A DNA stretch of 64,000 bases from Eledone cirrhosa (lineage: Eukaryota). Position numbers and translations under genes: made by a program. Within the stretch, counting starts at the first letter, position 1; every line of letters starts with the position of its first letter. This document shows positions 56,194-64,000 of the stretch, piece after piece. The DNA lies in assembly GCA_964016885.1 (NCBI GenBank), contig OZ024751.1:14694001-14758000 (forward strand). Reading direction: 5' to 3'. The notes under the pieces were generated by a model, which saw only the letters and a list, made by a program, of their open reading frames with translations, ran no database searches and was not told the DNA's origin.

Positions 56194-56247
56194 GTGAGAT
56201 TCCTGATGATTTCTAAATGAAACAGTTATAGTCCTGTAGAATCTCAT
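56194..56247 (+). ncRNA. Type I hammerhead ribozyme motif
   Basis: GTGAGATTC-CTGATGA-TTTCTAAAT-GAAA-CAG(ttatagtc)CTG-TA-GAATCTCAT; 9-bp stem I, GUA site, weak stem II. Confidence 0.8.
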
Positions 56248-56409
56248 CTATATATATATATATCTATATATATATAGAATCTCATCTATATATATATATA
56301 TCTATATATATATATATATACATACACATGTGTGTGTACCTATATATATGTATGTATATGTACCTATATATATGTATGTATGTGTGTATGTACCTATATA
56401 TGTATGTAC

Positions 56410-56462
<53 letters not shown>

Positions 56463-56612
56463 TATGTACGTGTATATATATATATATACATATATATATA
56501 CGTATATATATATATATATATATATACATGTGTGTGTCTGTGTACCTATATATATGCATGTACGTACACATATATATGCATGTGTGTGTATGTACCTGTA
56601 TATGTATGTACG

Positions 56613-56644
<32 letters not shown>

Positions 56645-56683
56645 AGACTAAAATCCGAAGCGGGCTCGATAAGGATATGTATA

Positions 56684-56734
<51 letters not shown>

Positions 56735-57008
56735 ATATATAGATATGCATATATACATATATGCAACTAATGTATACACACACATACATACATATATAAA
56801 CGTGTATCCATTATGCCAATGTTAGAAGTATGAATATAGACACCATCATCATCATCGTAGTAGTGACAATGTGTGTGTTGTAGACAACATTGTGTACATG
56901 TTGAAGAGATGTGGTTAACAGCTAAATGTTAATGAGGCAGGAAGGTAGAAATATAAACACCTATGTACTAGTGAAGTCTGGCAAATAAACAAACTCTATT
57001 ATTATTAG

Positions 57009-57612
57009 AGCGGTGGATTGGCAGTATCGGTAGAGGGTCGGACGCCATGCTTTGCAGCATAGAGCTACGGCTCTTTACGGTCTGAGTTCAAATCCCGCCG
57101 AGGTTAACTTAGCCTTTCATCCTTACGGGGTCGATAAAATAAAGTACCAGTAATGCACTGGGTAATTGCTGGCCTTGTGCCTAACGTAGAAACAATTATT
57201 ATTATTATTAGAGCGGTGGATTGGCAGTATCGGTAGAGGGTCGGACGCCATGCTTTGCAGCATAGAGCTACGGCCCTTTACGGTCTGAGTTCAAATCCCG
57301 CCGAGGTTAACTTAGCCTTTTATCCCTACGGGGTCGATAAAATAAAGTACCAGTAATTCACTGGGATAATTGCTGACATTGTGCCAAAGGTAGAAACAAT
57401 TATTGTTAGAGCGGTGGATTGGCAGTATCGGAAGAGGGTCGGACACCATGCTTTACAGCATTGAGCTACGGCTCTTTACGTTCTGAGTTCTGAGTTCAAA
57501 TCTCGCTGAGCTTAGCTCTGCCTTTCATCCTTACAGGTTCGATAAAGTACCAGTAGTGCACTGGGGTAATTGCTGGCCTTGGTGCCAAAAGTAGAAACAA
57601 TTATTATTATTG
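57009..57612 (+). mobile_element. Three head-to-tail Meta-domain-like SINEs
   Basis: Units of about 200 bp start at 57009, 57210 and 57408, each ending GTAGAAACAATTATT. Other copies lie at about 645-800, 1032-1150, 14910-15097, 23038-23190, 24762-24903, 32448-32619, 43214-43327, 44100-44440 and 54820-54975. Confidence 0.85.
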
Positions 57613-58496
57613 TTATCCTCGTGGGAAGTAATGACGTTAAGGAAACAAAAGCGTTCAGAGTGGAGCTCTAATACGTTCATGCACACACGCTGGATGCGCC
57701 CGTCGCTGTCAGACAGCCGGTGTGTGGCGTGTATTAGTTACTCATCACAAGGTATCCTGAGTTTACCGCGGAGACGGTTGTTTCTGGAAGGAGTGTTTGA
57801 CAACTCTGACCCCACACAACCCTCTCATGAAGAGAAGAAGAATACTGAGGGAGCGGAAAGTCGAAGAAATCAACCCAGTACGTTTACTGGTACTTTATTT
57901 TGATCGACCTCCATAAGGATGAAAGGCAAAGGGCCATAACTCTATATAGCAAAAGAAGAAGAAATGTGAATGTACAGGTAAGACTGGGCCCAACCAAAGT
58001 TCAATCACAGGTGGTAGTATCTAACATAAGACTCGATAAAGACCGTCAGGTACAGACTAACATTAAGGTGATGTATGTGTGTGTGGAGGAGGAAGAGTGT
58101 GTTGGCGAGAATATGTGTGTGTGTTGGAGAGAATGTGGGTGTGTGTGTGTGCATTGGAAAGAATATGTGTGTGTTAGAGAGTGTGTATGTTGGAAAGAAA
58201 GAATGTGTGTGTGTGTGTTGGGGAGAATGTGTGTGTATGTGTTGGGGAGAATGTGTGTGTATGTGTTGGGGAGAATGTGTGTGAGTGTGTTGGGGAGAAA
58301 GAGATTGTGTGTGTGTGTGTGTGTGTGTGAAAAGAATGAAAGATGGAGAAGTGTGTGTGGGATGAAGAGAAATAGTGAAATATGTGTGTGTGTGTATGCT
58401 GAAAATTGTGTTTGTGTTTGTGTGTGGTGGAGAGATATATTATAAATGTGTAGATATGTGTGTATATACAGGAGGCAGAGAGAGAGAGTGTGTTAG

Positions 58497-58534
<38 letters not shown>

Positions 58535-58985
58535 AGAAGATGGAGGGTGCAATGGAGTAAGGAGGAGGAGTGTTGTTTAAAAAAGAGATCTGAGTCAGGA
58601 TGTTTGTGTTGCAATAAAGCGGAAAGTGATGACATCTGATGTGCAGCTTGCACCAATTGCACATTCTCTGTGTATGTGTGTCTGTCTCTCTTATATATAT
58701 ATTAGTTTTGCGAGGTTTTTGATATGAAATCGTGTGTCGAAACAAATATTGTTATACTTGGGGAGGGTCATATTTGTGTAATAATATTGCCAGAATTAAT
58801 AACAGAACACTCTCACTGTTTGGTTGGTTTTCGCTTCTGTGTCTTTTATATCGGTTAATTTAATTTATTCGGTCCTCAATGTTACCATCGACTGACCAAT
58901 GGTCAAAAATACAGATACAATATAGACACTAAATATAAACTAAATAAAGATGGCGCAGGCATACAATACAACGGGAGGAAACATA

Positions 58986-59039
58986 ATAGCACCACTGACG
59001 ATGTTGCATGTGTGCAACGAAAGAACTTTGTTAGACTAT
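58986..59039 (+). ncRNA. Second copy of the 2216-2269 hammerhead-like motif
   Basis: CTGACGA-T-GTTGCA(tgtg)TGCAAC-GAAA; core changes are limited to variable N7 and the loop. Confidence 0.62.
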
Positions 59040-59344
59040 ATATATATGTGTTTGTGTCTATATTGTATCTGTATTGTTGACCGTTGGTCAGTCAATGGCA
59101 ACATTGAGGACCGAATAAATTAAATTAATATAAAAGACACAGAAGCGAAAACCAACCAAACAGTGAGAGTGTTCTGTTATTAATTCTGGCAATATTATTA
59201 CACAAATATGACCCTCTCCAAGTATAACAATATATATATATATATATATATAAATTACTATATATATATATATATATATATAAATTACTATATATATATA
59301 TATATAAATAAATAAATTACTATATATATATATATATATATATA

Positions 59345-59680
59345 TCATCATTTCATTTACGTCCACTTTTTCCCTGCTTGCAAGGGTGGGACGGGAACTG
59401 ATTCTGGCTTGATTTCTACAGCTGGATGCCCTTCCTAACACCAACCTCATTTACAGTGAGTGCTGGGTGCTTTTTTGCCGTGGCACCTCCACGGCCAGTT
59501 TGCAGTGGAATGATATGGACCCCAGTCCCTATCATCTCATTTCTACAGCTGAGTAAACTGGAGCAATGTGAAATAAAGTGTCTTGCTCAAGGAAACAACA
59601 CATCACCCAGTCTGAGAATTGAACTCACAACCTTTCGATTGCAAGGCCAATGCTCTAACCACTAAGCCATGTGCCTCCAT
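59345..59680 (-). mobile_element. Full-length CORE-like SINE
   Basis: Near-identical to 2560-2896. Confidence 0.88.
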
Positions 59681-59735
59681 ATGTATATATATATATAGTA
59701 ATTTATTTATATATATATATAAATAAATAAATTAC

Positions 59736-59767
<32 letters not shown>

Positions 59768-59802
59768 GTAATTTATTTATATATATATATATAGTAATTT
59801 AT

Positions 59803-61050
59803 TGGGTACCCCGATCTGTCATCTGGTGGTCCCTAAGGAAGCTAGGTGTTGAGGAATGGCTTGTGAGGACAGTGCAAACTTTGTACAGAGGTACTCTCAG
59901 TAAAGTCAGGGTAGGAATGGAGTTTAGTGAGGAATTCCAGATACAAGTAGGAGTACATCAGGGTTCGGTCCTCAGCCCGCACTTGTTCATTATAGTCCTC
60001 CAAGCCATAACAGAGGAGTTTAAGACTGGCTGTCCATGGGAACTTCTCTATGCTGACGATCTGGTTCTTATAGCAGAATCAGTAGAGGAGCTGGAGAATA
60101 AATTCTGGCTATGGAAACAGCAGTTGGAAGCAAGAGGACTGAGAGTGAATCTAGCTAAGACAAAAGTGTTGATGAGTAGAAAAGAGGACAAAACCCTGAT
60201 TCCATCAGGGAAATGGCCATGTTCGATATGCAGAAAAGGAACTGGCATAAATTCTATAAAATGCACACAATGCAGATCCTGGGTACACAAGAGATGAAGC
60301 GGGATAGCAGGCAAACTAACAGGTAGGGAGAAATATGTATGCAGTAGATGTACAGGGAAATTAGACAGTAGAAGTCGCATTGATAGACACATTTTTCAAA
60401 TGCAGGAGGGCGCTATAGAAGTGGTGGATAGCTTCCGGTACCTAGGAGATCAGATTAGCATGGGAGGAGGGTGTTCCGAGGCCATAGTATCTAGAATAAG
60501 GACGGGTTGGAAGAAGTTTAGGGAGCTGCTTCCTCTGTTGACGGAGAAGGGTTTCTCCCTGCGTACGAAAGGCCAGTTGTATGATGCCTGTGTGAGGAGC
60601 GCGATGTTGCATGGTAGTGAGACATGGGCAGCAACTGCAGAGGATATGCGATGGCTGGAGAGAAATGAAGCAAGCATGCTCCGTTGGATGAGCAGTGTAA
60701 ATGTGCGTGAACGACCCAGCATAAATGTGTTGAGAGAGAAACTGTGTCTGAGAGGGATAGAATGTAGTGTACGGGAGAGGAGACTGAGGTGGTATGGACA
60801 TGTGATGCGCATGGAGGATGACCGATGGGTGAAGAAGTGCCAGGAAATGCCAGTTGAAGGAAGACATGGTAGAGGTAGACCACAAAAAACATGGGCGGAG
60901 GTGGTGAGAACAAACCTCAGATCATTGAAGCTCACGGTGGAGATGACGAAGGACCGTGACGAGAGGAGAGATGCTGTGCTGAATAAGACCCGTCCCACCC
61001 TTGCAAGCAGAGAAAAGCGGACGTAAAATGATGATGATGATGATGATGAT
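59803..61050 (+). mobile_element. 5'-truncated RTE-clade LINE (RT C-terminal part, PHD-like Cys/His finger, C-terminal domain) with one nonsense codon
   Basis: Contains GVHQGSVLSP, LLYADDLVL, NLAKTKV, FRYLG and [12 protein letters not shown] motifs. ORFs 59755-60297 and 60400-61026 share a frame and are split by TGA at 60295-60297. An (ATG)n tail follows the stop. Confidence 0.93.
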
Positions 61051-61142
61051 ATATATATACAGTAATTTATTTATATATATATATATAGTAATTTATTTAT
61101 ATATATATAGTAATTTATATATATATATATATATCTATAGTA

Positions 61143-61178
<36 letters not shown>

Positions 61179-61227
61179 ATTTATATATATATATACGATT
61201 CTTTGCTTAAACTTTAATGTTATATTA

Positions 61228-61260
<33 letters not shown>

Positions 61261-61344
61261 CGTGTATGTGTATATATATGTACATGAGTGTGTATGTGTG
61301 TTTGTATGTGTATATATATGTACATGAGTGTGTATGTGTGTTTG

Positions 61345-61381
<37 letters not shown>

Positions 61382-61502
61382 CATACATGTGTGTGGATGT
61401 ATGTGTATATATATATATTTATATACGTATATATATATATATATATATACGTATATATATATATATATATATATATATAATGTATATGTGTGTGTATGTT
61501 TG

Positions 61503-61614
<112 letters not shown>

Positions 61615-61898
61615 TATACATTTACATAATTCACATATTTACATGTGTGGGTGTGTATACGCACACACATGTAAATATATATATGTTATGTATATGAATT
61701 TATATATAATGTATATATATATGTGTCTCTCTTTTTCTCTCTCCTATATATACACACACACACACACACGTGTAAATATGTGACTTATGTAAATGTATTT
61801 ACGTTATACATGTATGTGTGTGTGTATTTCATACATCTGTAACCCAATAGTACTGATTGATATATATATGACTTTTTAGTGCGTAGTTGTATAACTAC

Positions 61899-61945
<47 letters not shown>

Positions 61946-62237
61946 TAGATATATAGATATATTTATATAGATATATTTATATAGATATATTTATATAGAT
62001 ATATTTATATAGATATATTTATATAGATATATATATAGATATATATATATATATATAGATATATATATATATATAGATATATATATAGATATATATATAT
62101 ATTTATATAGATATATAAATATAGAGATATATATATATATATAGATATATATATATATAGATATATATATATATAGATATATATATATATAGATATATAT
62201 ATATAGATATATATATAGAGATATATATATACATATA

Positions 62238-62605
62238 GTATGATTAGAGAGAAACGAAGCCTGCATGCTCCGATGGATGTGTAACAGTAATATACGTGAA
62301 CGACAAAGCATAAATGAATTGAGAGAGAGACTGAGCATAAGAGGAATCAAATGCTGCGTGCAGGAGAGGCGGTTACGCTGGTATGGACATGTGATGCGTA
62401 TGAAGGATGACAGCTGCATAAAAAGGTGCAGAGCACTAGAAGTTGATGGAAACCGCGGAGTGGGGAGACCCAAGATGACTTGGGATGAGGTGATAAAAGC
62501 CGACCTTACCCAACTACACCTCTCAAAGTCAATGACACACGACCGTGACTTCTGGCGTCATGCAGTAATACAGGGTACCCGACCTCCCATGGGTACATGC
62601 TGAAG
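62238..62605 (+). mobile_element. RTE LINE 3' fragment of a second subfamily
   Basis: [14 protein letters not shown]...[11 protein letters not shown]...GRPKMTW, diverged from the 60 kb copy. Confidence 0.88.
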
Positions 62606-62639
62606 CATATAAACAATATGCCCCCCCCCCCCCCCACCG

Positions 62640-62908
62640 CAAGGTGGTCGTGGAGGTGCCACGGCAAAAAAGCACCCAGCCCACACTGTAAAGTGGACGT
62701 GTAGGCGCCACGAAAAAGCACCCAGCACTCACTGTAAATGAGGTTGGTGTTAGGAAGGGCATCCAGCTGTAGAAATCAGGCCAGATCAGTTCCTGTATGA
62801 GCAAGGCATGGTCAGCCGACCAGACACTGCCCACAACAGGACAACCCGTCTAACCCATGCTAGCGTGGAAGAACGGACGTAAAACGGTGATGATGATGAT
62901 GATGATGA
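62640..62908 (+). mobile_element. CORE-like SINE 3' half, variant tail
   Basis: Matches the tail type of 3748-4128. Confidence 0.8.
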
Positions 62909-62976
62909 TATATATATAAATATATATATATAGAGATATATATATACATATATATAGAGATATATATATACACATA

Positions 62977-63008
<32 letters not shown>

Positions 63009-63079
63009 CACATAGATATATTTATATAGATATATATATACATATATATATATATATACACATAGATATATTTATATAG

Positions 63080-63110
<31 letters not shown>

Positions 63111-63167
63111 GATATATATATACATATATATATATATAGATATATATATACATATATATATATATAG

Positions 63168-63198
<31 letters not shown>

Positions 63199-63199
63199 G

Positions 63200-63230
<31 letters not shown>

Positions 63231-63259
63231 GATATATATATACATATATATATATATAG

Positions 63260-63290
<31 letters not shown>

Positions 63291-63316
63291 GATATATTTA
63301 TAATATATATATATAG

Positions 63317-63347
<31 letters not shown>

Positions 63348-63373
63348 GATATATTTATAATATATATATATAG

Positions 63374-63404
<31 letters not shown>

Positions 63405-63456
63405 GATATATTTATAATATATATATATAGATATATATATACATATATAGATATAT

Positions 63457-63509
<53 letters not shown>

Positions 63510-63603
63510 TGTTCAAAAAATAGGTATTCACATTTCAACAGCATTCGAATAAATATTGCCTGTAGACGTAATGAAAGTGTGTATATATTTTTGGGGGACA
63601 CCC

Positions 63604-63865
63604 GTTGTTTCCTTGAGCAAAACACTTTATTTCACATTGCTCCAGTTTACTCAGCTGTAGAAATGCGATGATAGGGACTGGGGTCTCTATCATTCCACTG
63701 CAAAGTGGTCGTGTAGGTGCCACGGCAAAAAAGCACCCAGCACTCACTGTAAATGAGGTTGGTTTTCGGAAGGGCATCCAGCTGTAGAAATCAAGCCAGA
63801 ATCAGTTCCCGCCCCACCCTTGCAAGCAGGAAAAAAGTGGACGTAAAATGAAATGATGATGATGA
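63604..63865 (+). mobile_element. 5'-truncated CORE-like SINE inserted in a Tc1/mariner MITE
   Basis: The SINE body is flanked by GGGGACACCC on the left and CCCTGTA on the right, i.e. the split MITE terminus. Confidence 0.8.
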
Positions 63866-63883
63866 CCCTGTATATATGTATAT

Positions 63884-63919
<36 letters not shown>

Positions 63920-64000
63920 GTAAATGAGATTGGTGTTAGGAAGGGCATCCAGCTGTAGAAATCAAGCCAGATCAGTTCCTGTATGAGCAAGGCATGTTCA

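Overview
AT-rich, microsatellite-dense eukaryotic DNA. Its SINE, RTE and (TA)n content suggests a coleoid cephalopod such as Octopus (inference). Only one convincing host coding exon is present: a minus-strand first coding exon at 45695-44556, resembling the N-terminus of the ZNF608/ZNF609/scribbler family and ending at a GT donor. No further exon was recognised, so positions 1-44555 are probably one very large intron. The rest consists of tRNA-derived SINEs (a CORE-like family with an RTE tail and a Meta-domain-like family), RTE LINE fragments (largest 59803-61026), hAT, Tc1/mariner, pogo and piggyBac-type MITEs, and many minisatellites. Most listed ORFs are artefacts of simple repeats. The most notable signal is a set of about 13 type I hammerhead-ribozyme-like motifs from about 9 unrelated short elements. 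These sit in (TA)n tracts, often within large palindromes, and show compensatory stem changes between copies, consistent with Penelope-like retroelement remnants. All structures were folded by eye and no searches were run.
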